A stretch of 64,000 bases of DNA from an uncultured Planctomycetota bacterium. Its GTDB lineage: Bacteria > Planctomycetota > Planctomycetia > Isosphaerales > Isosphaeraceae. Each line of letters starts with the position of its first letter. The first letter of the stretch is position 1. The position numbers and the translations under genes are program-made. This document shows, piece after piece, positions 47,639 to 57,983 of the stretch. The stretch is taken from the NCBI GenBank assembly GCA_963737655.1, contig CAVTTN010000002.1, positions 2,304,001 to 2,368,000 on the forward strand, written 5' to 3'. Below the pieces are notes generated by a model. The model worked only from the letters and a program-made list of their open reading frames with translations. It did no database searches and was not told where the DNA came from.

Positions 47639-47922
47639 CTTTGGACGGAGCAACGGGGACCGGCTCCGGGAGGGCTCGCCCGGTGCCTGGCCCGCTGGCC
47701 GGAGGTCTGGCGCCGAGGTAACGGGGCCAGTCACCGTCGAGCATACCGGAGCCAGTCCGCGTTTCCTCGGCGTGACGGGAAGGAAACCGGCCGGTCCCGG
47801 GCCGGACGAGGGGTTGCCGACCCGTCGCCTTCCGGGAAAGATGGAAGGATCGGCCGGATCGGGTCGGCGTCGCCCGCCGATCCGTCGGCCTCCGCCCTCC
47901 GTCTCCGCCCGAGGCCCTCGCC

Positions 47923-49368
47923 ATGCCCGTCCTGACGACCCTGGCCCTCTCGCTCCTGAGCCTGGCCGATCCCCCCTCGCCGATCGACGTCGCCTCGGCG
48001 ATGGAGACCGCCACGATCGAGGCGATCGCCAAGGCCAGGCCCTCGGTCGTGGCGATCACCCGGGTCCGCGGCGACGACCCGGAGAAGACCTCGGCCATCC
48101 GCGGGCAGAACGGCGACCGGCCCGCCCGGAACCCCAAGGTCGCCCCCAACGGCGAGCTTCGCGCCGGCTCTCCCGGGGACTTCCGCACCGCCCCGGGCGA
48201 CTTCAGCGCCGGCGTGGTGATCGGCGACGGCGGGGAGATCCTCACCACGTTCCACACCCTGAAGGGGGCCGAGGCGATCTGGGTCCGCGGCGCCGACCGC
48301 CAGGAGTTCGAGGCCGAGATCCTCGGCGCCGACCCGAGGAGCGACCTGGCCGTGATCGCCCCGAGAGACCCGGGCGAGGTCGGCCCCCGGCTCGCGACGA
48401 TCCGCATGGGCAACGCCACCCGGCTCCGCCCCGGCGCGTTCCTCGTCGCGCTGGGCAACTCGTACAACGCCGCGAGGGACGGCAAGGCGTCGGCCTCGAT
48501 GGGCATCCTGGCCAACACCGCGAGGAAGGTCCACGCCTCCGACGACGACACGGTCGGCGATCGCGGCAAGTTCTTCCGCTTCCAACCGACGCTCCTCCAG
48601 CTCGACGCCAAGCTGAACCTGGGGATGAGCGGGGGGGCCGTCATCAACCTCAAAGGCGAGCTGGTCGGCCTGACCACGGCCGCCGCCAGCGCCGTGGCGT
48701 ATGACCTCCAGGCCGGCTACGCCATCCCGATGGACGACCTGGGCCGGAGGATCGCCGAGACCCTCCGCCAGGGCAAGGAGGTCGAGTACGGCTTCCTCGG
48801 GATCAGCCTCGAGCCCAACACGCCCAATCAGGTCGCCCAGGTCCGCCCCGGGACGCCCGCCGATCGCGCCGACCTGGTCGAGGGCGACCTGATCCTGGCC
48901 GTCGGCGACCACCCTCTGGACGAGGACGACGCCCTGACGATGGCCCTGGCCAACGTCCCGGTCGGCCAATCGGTGGCGCTCAAGGTGCTCCGCTCCGGCA
49001 AGACCCTGGAGAAGGCCATCATGGTGTCGAAGTACCCGGTGAGCCCCCGGGGGATCGTCACCAATCGGCCTCGCCCGTGGCGGGGCCTGCGGATCGATTT
49101 CACCAGCACCCTCGGCGCCGGCGGGTTCAACGCCGACATCATGGGCGCGATGTCCCGGGGGGGCATCGGCGTGATCGAGGTCGAGCCCGGCAGCCCCGCC
49201 GAGCAGGCCGGGCTGAAGAAGGACATGATCCTCACCGAGGTCGATGGCCAGGCCGTCGCCACCCCCGCCGAATTCGCCCGGGCCGTCTCCCACAAGGACG
49301 GCCAGGAGGTCACCATCACCACCCAGGGCGGGCCGATCGCCGGGCAGAAGGTGGTGGTGAAGAAGTGA
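47923..49368 (+). CDS. HtrA/DegP-like serine protease with two PDZ domains
   Basis: Triad motifs ILTTFH, RSDLAVI and NLGMSGG; YGFLGI; GTPADRA and GSPAEQAGL PDZ motifs. Confidence 0.9.
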   Translation: MPVLTTLALSLLSLADPPSPIDVASAMETATIEAIAKARPSVVAITRVRGDDPEKTSAIRGQNGDRPARNPKVAPNGELRAGSPGDFRTAPGDFSAGVVIGDGGEILTTFHTLKGAEAIWVRGADRQEFEAEILGADPRSDLAVIAPRDPGEVGPRLATIRMGNATRLRPGAFLVALGNSYNAARDGKASASMGILANTARKVHASDDDTVGDRGKFFRFQPTLLQLDAKLNLGMSGGAVINLKGELVGLTTAAASAVAYDLQAGYAIPMDDLGRRIAETLRQGKEVEYGFLGISLEPNTPNQVAQVRPGTPADRADLVEGDLILAVGDHPLDEDDALTMALANVPVGQSVALKVLRSGKTLEKAIMVSKYPVSPRGIVTNRPRPWRGLRIDFTSTLGAGGFNADIMGAMSRGGIGVIEVEPGSPAEQAGLKKDMILTEVDGQAVATPAEFARAVSHKDGQEVTITTQGGPIAGQKVVVKK

Positions 49369-49442
49369 GCGTGTCTCCTCGATCCCCACGATCCTGACCC
49401 AGGACCCGAATCCCCGAGGAGGGCCTCCGGCCCCGGACTCCG

Positions 49443-49958
49443 ATGGCCGAACGTCACACGATCGACTTCGCCCGGGACAGCGTGGCGGTCGTCAGCGATG
49501 CCGACCGGCGACGGATCACGCTCCAGTTCGAGGGCGTGAACGACGGACAACCGACGGCGAAACGGCTCTGGACGGCGTTGCAGAGGCGCTACGGCCCCGG
49601 GCCCCTCGCCCGAATCGGCCGGTGGTCGCGAGGGGAGGACCACCCCCTGATCCTCCCGGCCCGGGGGCAGCCCCACCCGGAAAGCCCCGACGTGTTCGTC
49701 GTCGAGGTCGAGATCCGGCCCGGCCCTCCGATGGAAGAGGTCCTGTCCGACCTCCTGGAGTTCTTCCGTCGCCAGCCCGGCTACGTCCGCACCTACGGAG
49801 ATCCCCTCGATCGCGACCTGGAGCGCCCACCATCGCGCCGAGGGGCGGCTCGCGAGACTTCCGAGGCGGCCAACGCGGTGCTGTGGCAGATGCTCATTCG
49901 GCGAAACGGCGAATCCGCGGTTCGCCCCGACAAGAAACGCCCGCTCGACGAACTCTAG
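49443..49958 (+). CDS. Hypothetical protein (171 aa)
   Basis: ORF fills the gap between the protease and ggt; protein-like composition. Confidence 0.6.
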   Translation: MAERHTIDFARDSVAVVSDADRRRITLQFEGVNDGQPTAKRLWTALQRRYGPGPLARIGRWSRGEDHPLILPARGQPHPESPDVFVVEVEIRPGPPMEEVLSDLLEFFRRQPGYVRTYGDPLDRDLERPPSRRGAARETSEAANAVLWQMLIRRNGESAVRPDKKRPLDEL

Positions 49959-49992
49959 GCCGGGCGGACGGGCCTCGGGGGACCTGGGCAGG

Positions 49993-51720
49993 CTAGTCCC
50001 CGGAGGCCCGGGAGGTCTCTCGCCGACGGTCGGGGACTCCGAGGAGATGGCCTTGCGCGTCGATGGCGATCGTGTGAGCGTCCCCTTGCGTGGTCTGGGT
50101 CCGGACGTCGTGGCCGAGCGCCTTGAGGGCGGCGATCGTGGCGGGGGGCCAGGCGGGGCCTTCGAGGTTCAAGCGGTCGGGGAACCACTGGTGGTGGGTC
50201 CGGGGCGCGTCCACCGCGTCTCGCGGCGAGAGCCCGAATTCCAGGACGTTCAGGATCACCCAGAGGGTGGTGTTCGGGATCGTCCGGCCTCCGGGTGAGC
50301 CCGTCACCAGCCGGACCTTGCCGTCCTTCAGGACGATGGTGGGAGATTGGGAGCTGAGCATGCGTTTGTGGGGGGCGATCCGGTTCGGCGCGGTGCCGAC
50401 CCGCCCCCGGGCGTCGGTCGGGCCGGGGACGAGGTTGAAGTCCCCCATCTCGTTATTGAGCAGGAAGCCGCAGCCCTGGACGACCGCCTTCGAGCCGTAG
50501 CCCTCTTCCAGCGTGTACGTGAGGGCGACCGCCATCCCGTTCGAGTCGATCGTGGAGAGGTGGGTCGTGTGCGAGGGCTCGGCCCCCTCGATCGGGAACG
50601 GGGCGAGCGAGGCGCTGGGCGTGGCCTTCTCCTCGGAGATCGTCCGGGCGAGATCGCGGGCGTAGTCCTTGGAGATGAGCTTCGCGACGGGGACGGCGAC
50701 GAAGTCGGGGTCGGCGATCTCGACGGCCCGGGTATAGAACGCGCGACGCATGGCCTCGGCGACCCGGTGGACGGTCCGGGGCGATCTCGGGCCGTCGGCC
50801 TTGAGGTCGAAGGGTTCGAGGACGTTGAGCATCTGAACGATCAGGATGCCTCCCGAGGCGGGCGGTCCCATGCCGATGATGTCGAACCCTCGATACGTGC
50901 CCCGGACCGGCGGCCGTTCCTTCGCGCGGTAGGCGGCGAGGTCTTCGAGGGTCATCAGGCCGTCGTGGTCGGCGTTGTACGAGGCGATCCGGCGGGCGGT
51001 CTCGCCCAGGTAGAACTCGTCGGGCCCGTCCCGGGCGATCCGGGCGAGGGTCTCGGCCAGGTCGGGCTGGACCAGGCGATCTCCGGCGACCCATCGGGAG
51101 CCGTCGGCCTTGCGGAACGCGGAGACGCTCTCGGGGAAGTCGGCGAGCCGGTCGCCCTGGGGCCCGAGGTCCTCGTCGATCCCGGCCTTGCCGGCCTGGG
51201 CGAAGAGCTGGGCGTTGAGCGACCGGGCGAGCGTCTCGGAGACGGGGAAGCCGTCCCGGGCCAGCCTCTCGGCGGGCTTCACCAGCTCGTTCCAGGCGAG
51301 CTTGCCGAGTTTCCGATGGGCCAGGCCCAGGCCGCGGACGGTCCCGGGGACTCCGGCGGCCCGGGCCCCGGCGCGATGGCCGGGCCGGGGCTTGCGGTCG
51401 GGTCCGAGGTACATGGTCTCGGTGGATCGGGCGGGGGCGGCCTCGCGGAAGTCGAAGGAGAACGCCTCGCGACGGCCCGGGTCATAGGCGACGAGGAATC
51501 CCCCTCCGCCGAGGTTCCCGGCCGCGGGATGGGTCACGGCGAGGGCCAGGGCGGTGGCCACGGCCGCATCGACCGCATTGCCGCCCTTCCTCAACGCATC
51601 GCGCCCGGCGTCCGCCGCGTTCCCTTCCTGACAAACCACCACGTGGCGGCGGAATTCCTGGGCCGCGAGGGTGGAGGTGGCGGCGAGGACGATCAGGGCG
51701 GCGATCGGGAGGCGGGGCAT
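49993..51720 (-). CDS. ggt: Gamma-glutamyltransferase
   Basis: GGNAVDAAVA, GNLGGGGF, DFREAAP, GVPGTV, H-TTHLS nucleophile, LNNEMGDF, KRMLSSQSP, GSPGG. Confidence 0.95.
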   Translation of the reverse strand: MPRLPIAALIVLAATSTLAAQEFRRHVVVCQEGNAADAGRDALRKGGNAVDAAVATALALAVTHPAAGNLGGGGFLVAYDPGRREAFSFDFREAAPARSTETMYLGPDRKPRPGHRAGARAAGVPGTVRGLGLAHRKLGKLAWNELVKPAERLARDGFPVSETLARSLNAQLFAQAGKAGIDEDLGPQGDRLADFPESVSAFRKADGSRWVAGDRLVQPDLAETLARIARDGPDEFYLGETARRIASYNADHDGLMTLEDLAAYRAKERPPVRGTYRGFDIIGMGPPASGGILIVQMLNVLEPFDLKADGPRSPRTVHRVAEAMRRAFYTRAVEIADPDFVAVPVAKLISKDYARDLARTISEEKATPSASLAPFPIEGAEPSHTTHLSTIDSNGMAVALTYTLEEGYGSKAVVQGCGFLLNNEMGDFNLVPGPTDARGRVGTAPNRIAPHKRMLSSQSPTIVLKDGKVRLVTGSPGGRTIPNTTLWVILNVLEFGLSPRDAVDAPRTHHQWFPDRLNLEGPAWPPATIAALKALGHDVRTQTTQGDAHTIAIDAQGHLLGVPDRRRETSRASGD

Positions 51721-51746
51721 GGGGGATCTCCGGGGATGGAAGGACG

Positions 51747-52158
51747 AACCGCCAAGACGCCAAGTTCGCCAAGGAGGAGAGGAGAGGAGAGGAGGAGAGA
51801 GGAGGAGATTGTTTTCAAGCATTATGCATGGGAGTTACGCACTGCCAACCGGACCACGAGTTCGGGAAGGGCCTTCGACATCCGCAGAGGACGCAGAGGA
51901 CCGCAGAGGAAAACATGAATTCTATGCTCTGTCCAAGACCCCGATCGAAGAGGTCGATCGAGTAGGTCCGACTTCAGTCGGGCCTACAAAACAAGACTCT
52001 TTTGTAGGCCCGACTGAAGTCGGACCTACTCGATTTCTGGCTTTCCACAAAGCAAGGACTTCCTCATTTCCAAGCATTCTCCTCTCATCTCCGCGCATTC
52101 TCCTCTCTCCTCCTCTCCTCCTCTTCTCCTCCTTGGCGAACTTGGCGTCTTGGCGGTT
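51747..52158. repeat. Nested inverted-repeat element
   Basis: Outer arms AACCGCCAAGACGCCAAGTTCGCCAAGGAGGAGA plus a purine tract, and their complement; inner CGCAGAGGA x3; perfect 35-bp inverted repeat at 51957-51991 / 52000-52034 (family F, GTAGGTCCGACTTCAGTCGGGCCTAC). Confidence 0.9.
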
Positions 52159-52319
52159 GGTCGTCTTCCGGCCATTGGATCACAATCGCGGGGCGAGGGC
52201 GATTGGCGTTGACCGATCCGACAGGAAAATCTAAGGTCTCGGCCGATTCGGGCCGGGACTTGAGGGATGTTTGGTCGATCGGCCCGGTTTCCTCGAACCC
52301 AAGGTCGGGAGGATCGCGG

Positions 52320-53618
52320 ATGGGCGCCAGGGATCGGCGGATGGGTCAGGGAGTGCAGTCGTGGGCCGGCGTGATGGCCGCGACGGCGGCGGGCCTGATG
52401 ATGATGGGGACGGCGGCGATGGCCCAGGGCCAGGCGCCGGGTCGAGGCTCGGCGGCGACGGCCCCGGCCGGTCGGCCCACGAGGCCGGCGGCGGGCGCCG
52501 CCCCGGCGGCGGGCGCCGCCCCGGCCGCGCCGAAGGACGACGAGGCGATGGAGGGCAAGCTGATCCGCGTCCCGGTCAAGCCGGGAGACGCCGTGGCGGT
52601 GGTCAACGGCGAGCCGATCACCCGCCAGAACCTCGCCGACGAGGCCATCGCCCGCAAGGGGGAGGAGATCCTCGACGCGATGATCTCGCGGAAGGTCCTC
52701 GACCAGGCGATCCGCAAGAAGGGCCTGGCGATCACCCCCCAGGAGATCGACGCCGAGATCGAGCGGATGGCCCAGACCATCGGCGGGGGCGTGACGGTGG
52801 ATCAGTGGCTCCTGACCTTGCAGAAGGAGCGGAAGATCAGCCCCCAGCAGTATGCCAACGACATCATCTATCCCGGGATCGCGCTGCGGAAGCTGGCGGC
52901 GCCCCGGGTCCAGGTGACCGAGAAGGACATGAAGGAAGCGTATGACGCGACCTTCGGCGACAAGCTCCGCTGCCGCCTGATCATGGTCCGGGATCAGCGG
53001 GTGGCGATGGAGATCTGGCAGAAGCTCAAGGAAACCCCGGGCTCGTTCGCCCGGATCGCCCAGGACGACCCGCGGTCGCTCGACCAGGCCACCAAGCCGT
53101 ATGGCGGCCTCCTGGGCGAGCCGATCACCCGCCACGCCTTCCCCTCGAACGTCACCGACGCCGCGTTCAAGCAGCTCGTCGATGGCGACCCGGCCGACCG
53201 CGACGCCAACAACAAGCCGAAGGACGGCGACATCACCGGGCCGATCCAGGTCGAGGAGCACGCCTGGCTGATCCTCAAGCGCGAGGGCGTGATCCCGGCC
53301 GTGGCCCACGACCCGAAAGACCCGATCATGAGGGCCAAGCACAAGGAAGTCATCTTCGAGGCCAAGCTGAAGGAGGCCATGAATGACGTCTTCACCGAGC
53401 TGGCCGACGCCGCCGCCATCGAGAACAAGCTGACCGGCAAGGTCAAGATGGCCCACGAGTCCAGCGACCCCGACCACCGGGTCGATGGCAAGGTCGAGCT
53501 GATGAGCCAGCAGGCCGTCGAGAAGAATTCCAAGCGCGTGCCGGTCCCCCCGGCGTCGCCCGAGATCCAGCAGGCCATCGACGCCAAGCTCAAGGCGGGC
53601 GCCGGCGTGAAGAAGTAA
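52320..53618 (+). CDS. PrsA/SurA-like peptidyl-prolyl isomerase (foldase), exported
   Basis: Signal peptide; VAVVNGEPITR, ITPQEIDAEI, FARIAQDD..SLD...YGG, AAF, GDITGPIQ parvulin-like motifs. Confidence 0.85.
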   Translation: MGARDRRMGQGVQSWAGVMAATAAGLMMMGTAAMAQGQAPGRGSAATAPAGRPTRPAAGAAPAAGAAPAAPKDDEAMEGKLIRVPVKPGDAVAVVNGEPITRQNLADEAIARKGEEILDAMISRKVLDQAIRKKGLAITPQEIDAEIERMAQTIGGGVTVDQWLLTLQKERKISPQQYANDIIYPGIALRKLAAPRVQVTEKDMKEAYDATFGDKLRCRLIMVRDQRVAMEIWQKLKETPGSFARIAQDDPRSLDQATKPYGGLLGEPITRHAFPSNVTDAAFKQLVDGDPADRDANNKPKDGDITGPIQVEEHAWLILKREGVIPAVAHDPKDPIMRAKHKEVIFEAKLKEAMNDVFTELADAAAIENKLTGKVKMAHESSDPDHRVDGKVELMSQQAVEKNSKRVPVPPASPEIQQAIDAKLKAGAGVKK

Positions 53619-53978
53619 GTAAGCCAGGAGGGCGGGCGATCCCGGGTCGCATGCCCACGTCCTCGTGGGATCGACCGGGAGCGCGGTCAGGCCCGCGACG
53701 ACGAGGGCAGGCGACGCAGGACGAGTGCCGACCGCCGCGATCGCGACGCGGGCCAGCCCTCCCGGACCTCTCGGTTCGGGTGGGGCTGGCCCGTCGCCGT
53801 TCTATGGCGATCCGCGCGGTGGCCCGGGCGCGAGGTGTGATCGTCCCTGGTGGCGTCGTGCGATTGACGGCCCGACGTCGCGGTGGCAGGCTTTTGTATC
53901 GACGCGGGACCGCCCCAGGGTTGGGAAATTCCCCGGCCGACCTCCCTTTGCGCCGTCTTGCCCCGGAGAATCCCCTCC

Positions 53979-54179
53979 ATGAACTGCGCCTCCTGCGAAC
54001 GACCCCTGGATTGCGACGCCTGCGCCCGCCCGTACAACCCCGAGGGCCTCGAACAATACCTCGCCCTCTCCCGACCCGAAGTCCCCATCGTCTGCCCGGC
54101 CTGCGGCAAGATCCTCGTCTGCCGGTACTGCAAATTCCCTTACGATGGCGTGGTGGACGAGGAGGACCAGGCGGATTAG
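53979..54179 (+). CDS. Small double zinc-ribbon protein (66 aa)
   Basis: GGAGA RBS; CASC-x5-CDAC...CPAC-x5-CRYC and an acidic tail. Confidence 0.75.
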   Translation: MNCASCERPLDCDACARPYNPEGLEQYLALSRPEVPIVCPACGKILVCRYCKFPYDGVVDEEDQAD

Positions 54180-54342
54180 ACGCGTTTCCCCGGGCAGGGA
54201 GGCCCGGACCGACGGGGGTCCGACGCGGCGGGAATGCCGGCCTTCGGCTTTTCCGGGACCGGCCCTACCGCCCGGAACGCCTCCTTGGAGGAGGGAAGGC
54301 CTCGCCCATCGCGAGAGCGTCGGCCCTTGAGGAGCAACACCG

Positions 54343-55203
54343 ATGAGAATGCTTCGTCCCTCGCTGGTGATCGCCTCCATCCTGGCCTTGATGGGCGGTC
54401 GGGACCTGTCCGCTCGGGGTCAGGAACCCGCGAAACCCCCGGCGATCGCGGCCGAGGACCGCCGGGCCTGTGAGGCGCTGGCCTCGGCGATCCTCCAGAG
54501 GCTCGACTCGGAATGGGAGATCAAGGCGAAGGCCCGCCGGCTCAGTCGCGAGGCGTCGTGGGTCGAGGCGGACAGGGACGAAGCTCAGCACACCCTGGAA
54601 CTCGCCGAGATCGCCCTCCAGGAGTACCAAATCGGCACCCTCCCCGCTCAAAGGCAGATGATCGAGGGCGAAATCCAGTTCGCGACCGCCGAGCTGGCCC
54701 GGGCCTCCGACCGTCTGAACGAGGCGACGAAGCAGCACGCCAACGGCGCCATCCCCGACTCGGCGCTGGCCATCGAGCAACTGACCAGGCAGAAGGCCGA
54801 GGTCACCCTGACCAACGCCCGGACCAAGAGAAAGGTCCTGGAAAACTATTCGGCGATCAAAACGACCGAGACCCTGACCAACGAGATCAAGAAGGGGAAG
54901 GCCGACCTGTCGAGAATGAGGACCGAGGCCGTGGAGATCCGGTTGGACGCGAATCGGGCCGCGCGGCGGCTGTCCGGCGAGTCCTCGGCCGAGGCGGACT
55001 CCCGGGCGATCCTGGCCCTGGCCGACGCCCTCGGCCTCTTCGACGAGGGCCGGGTCGAACCCGCCCGAGCGAAGCTGGCCGAGGCCCGCACGGCCTGGAA
55101 GGAGGCCGAGGACCGCCGGGCCGACCTCCGATGGAACGACCTGAGGCGCGACCTCCGCTCGGCCGCCTCGGAGATCCGAGCCGCCGGGCCCGCCGGGAAG
55201 TGA
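54343..55203 (+). CDS. Hypothetical exported coiled-coil protein
   Basis: GAGGAG RBS; signal peptide; long heptad helices (LELAEIALQEY..G). Confidence 0.75.
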   Translation: MRMLRPSLVIASILALMGGRDLSARGQEPAKPPAIAAEDRRACEALASAILQRLDSEWEIKAKARRLSREASWVEADRDEAQHTLELAEIALQEYQIGTLPAQRQMIEGEIQFATAELARASDRLNEATKQHANGAIPDSALAIEQLTRQKAEVTLTNARTKRKVLENYSAIKTTETLTNEIKKGKADLSRMRTEAVEIRLDANRAARRLSGESSAEADSRAILALADALGLFDEGRVEPARAKLAEARTAWKEAEDRRADLRWNDLRRDLRSAASEIRAAGPAGK

Positions 55204-55228
55204 GCGTTTCCCGGCCCGTAGGGATCTT

Positions 55229-55268
55229 CCGGGCGGCATGCTCACGTCTTCGTGAGCATGCCGCCCGG
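55229..55268. repeat. Family E palindrome between convergent genes
   Basis: CCGGGCGGCATGCTCACG-TCTT-CGTGAGCATGCCGCCCGG, perfect 18-bp stem. Confidence 0.88.
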
Positions 55269-55276
55269 GGATCGGC

Positions 55277-56436
55277 TCAGACCCCGGGCTTGCCGAACGG
55301 TTCGGGCTGGGTCGGGCCGGGGGTCCGGGTCGGGCCGGGCCCGTGGTCTCGTTCGCGATCGCGGTCCCGGTCCCGGTCGCGATCGCGGTCCCGGACGGCG
55401 GGGCCGGGGCCGGTGGGGGGATCGAGCCGGCCGAAAATCATCCGTCCGGCGCTGGTTTGCAGGACGCTGGTGACGGTCAGGCGGACGACCTCGCCGAGGT
55501 GGTGGACGCCGTGCTCGGTGACGACCATCGTGCCGTCGTCGAGGTAGCCGACCCCCTGGCCCGGCTCCTCGCCTCGTTTGATCAGCTTAACCGTCAGCCC
55601 CTCGCCCGGCAGGACGATCGGCTTCATGGCGTTGGCCAGGTCGTTGAGGTTGATGACCTCCACGCCCTGGAGCTTGGCGATCTTGTTGAGGTTGTAGTCG
55701 TTGGTCACGACCTTGCCGCCGAGGTGCTTGGCCAGGACGACGAGCTTCTGATCGACCTCGCGGATGCCGGCGAGCTCGGGGATCTCGCCGTCGTGGACCT
55801 GGACGTCGATCCCCTCGGCCTTCTGGAGCTTGTTGAGGATGTCCAGGCCGCGCCGGCCCCGGTTGCGGCGGAGCTTGTCCGAGCTGTCGGCGATCCCCTG
55901 GAGCTCCTGGAGGACGAACCGGGGGACGACCAGCGGCTGGTCGAGGATCCGGGCCTCGGCCACGTCGGCGATCCGGCCGTCGATGATCACCGAGGTGTCC
56001 AGGACGAGCGGCCGGGCCCCCGGACTTCCTTGGAGAATTCGAGGTAGGGGATGATGAACCGGAAGTCGTCCTTGGTCTGGATCAGGGTGCTCACGCAGAT
56101 GTAGCAGATGATCGCCGTGAGGACGCCCGAGACGACCGCAGGCAGGTCGGGCGGAATGGCCGACCGCGAGTAGAACATCGAGAGCGTGGGCTCGATGGCG
56201 ATCTGGAAATAGTTGCTGAGGATCAGGCCGACGATCAGGCCGATATAAACGGCGGAGATCGTCTGGACCCGCTTGCGAGGGGTCAGGACGTCCACGGTCA
56301 GGACGAGGACCGCCAGGACGATGACCCCGGGAAAGAGCAGGCTCCAGGAGACGGTCCCGCCGAAGACGCGGGCCAGGCGGACCGCCAGGCCGGCGCAGAC
56401 CAGGACGAAGACGGCACGGATCAGGTTCAGGAGCAT
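55277..56436 (-). CDS. Membrane PIN/TRAM-domain protein (YacL family), frameshifted at ~56017-56021
   Basis: Four TM helices and [13 protein letters not shown]; one extra G joins them to [54 protein letters not shown]. Confidence 0.9.
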
Positions 56437-56489
56437 CGGATCGGTCCCCAGGCCCGGGTCGTCGTCGGAGGCATCCCCAGGCCAGTCGG

Positions 56490-56999
56490 TCAAGCCGGGA
56501 GGGTCGCGGCCATCTCGGCGACGAAGCGGTCATAAAAGGCTTCGAGGCTCTCGACGATCACCTTCGTCCCGCCCAGGACCGGCATGAAGTTGGTATCGCC
56601 GTCCCATCGGGGGACGACGTGCCAGTGGAGGTGCCCCGGCAGGCCCGCCCCGGCCGACTTCCCCTGATTCAGCCCGATGTTGTACCCCTGAGGGCGGAGC
56701 ATCCGCTCCAGGACCGCCACGACGAGCCGGACCGTCTCGATCGGTTCGGTCAACGCCGCCCCCGAGAGTTCGCCCAGGGTCCCCCGATGTTGCAGGGGGC
56801 AGACCAGGAGGTGGCCATTATTGTACGGGTATTTGTTCAAGAAAACCGCCGAATTCCGGCCGCGCCAGGCCAGGAGGTTGGCCCGGTCGTCCCCCTCGGC
56901 CAGGCCGTGGCAGAGGAAGCACGCCGGCCCGGTCGTCGCCGGGGCGGACGACGAGTCCTGGATGTATTGCGAGCGCCAGGGGGCCCAGATCCGATCCAT
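56490..56999 (-). CDS. HIT-family hydrolase (FHIT/Ap4A type)
   Basis: [42 protein letters not shown]. Confidence 0.93.
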   Translation of the reverse strand: MDRIWAPWRSQYIQDSSSAPATTGPACFLCHGLAEGDDRANLLAWRGRNSAVFLNKYPYNNGHLLVCPLQHRGTLGELSGAALTEPIETVRLVVAVLERMLRPQGYNIGLNQGKSAGAGLPGHLHWHVVPRWDGDTNFMPVLGGTKVIVESLEAFYDRFVAEMAATLPA

Positions 57000-57297
57000 G
57001 ACGACGGAAACCTCGGCCGAATCGGCTCGGGAGAAGGGAATCCGGCGACGGGCGCAATCCCGCTCGCCCGGATCGTCCTTCGATCATAACCGCTCGGGAC
57101 CGCCCCGAGCAAACGCCGGGTCTGGAATTCCTCGCGACGGGACGGGCCGAGGCGCCGATCCCTCCGAATTCGAACCCCCGCCGGGACCGGGGGATCGACC
57201 GTGGCCGGCGCCTTTTACTCCGTTGCGGGGCGCGGCCCGGCTGTGTATCGTCAGGGGGGTTCGCGACGGTCTCGCGGACGATTCCCAGGGATTCACC

Positions 57298-57963
57298 ATG
57301 CCGACCTCCGATCCTTACAACCTCACGCCCCTGGTCACGATCCTGGTGAGGCTCCGACCGGGCCGGCTCCTCGACGTCGGCTGCGGCTTCGGCAAGTACG
57401 GCATGCTCTACCGCGAATATACCGACATCTGGGACCAACGGATCCCTCGGGACTCCTGGACCAGCCACATCGAGGGGATCGAGGCGTTCGAGGCGTACCG
57501 CAATCCGATCCACGATTACGCCTACAACGCCGTCCATTACAAGCCGGCTCAGGAGGTCCTGCCGACCCTCGGCCAGTTCGATGCGGTCCTGATCGCCGAC
57601 GTGATCGAACACCTGGAGCTGGCCGAGGCGAAGTCGCTGGTCGCCGAGTGCTTCGCCCGCTCGCCGATCGTGGTGATCTCCACGCCTCGCGAGTTCTACC
57701 CCCAGGAGGCGCTCTGCGACAACGAGTTCGAGAGGCATCGCTGCACGTTCACCGCCCGGGACTTCCCCGAGGGCATCCACGTGGTCACGATCCGGGTGAT
57801 GTCCTGCGACATCTTCGTCGCGAGCCGGGAGCCGTTGCCCCGGCGGATGTTCAGCCCGATCGAGCCGGCCGATTTCGTCTATCTCTATTCCCGGAAGAAG
57901 CTGGGCAACGCCGGCCTGCCGATCTCCCTGGCGCTGAAGTCGGTCAATCGGTTCCTCGGCTGA
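57298..57963 (+). CDS. Class I SAM-dependent methyltransferase
   Basis: LLDVGCGFGKYG, DVIEHL, VISTP. Confidence 0.88.
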   Translation: MPTSDPYNLTPLVTILVRLRPGRLLDVGCGFGKYGMLYREYTDIWDQRIPRDSWTSHIEGIEAFEAYRNPIHDYAYNAVHYKPAQEVLPTLGQFDAVLIADVIEHLELAEAKSLVAECFARSPIVVISTPREFYPQEALCDNEFERHRCTFTARDFPEGIHVVTIRVMSCDIFVASREPLPRRMFSPIEPADFVYLYSRKKLGNAGLPISLALKSVNRFLG

Positions 57964-57983
57964 CCGGGCCGGGCCCGGCTCGG

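Noticed and set aside
43130..47734. 1,534-aa minus-strand ORF, and similar long antisense ORFs at 17492-20764 and 59366-61636
   Set aside because: Opposite well-supported genes; no motifs; expected in high-GC DNA.
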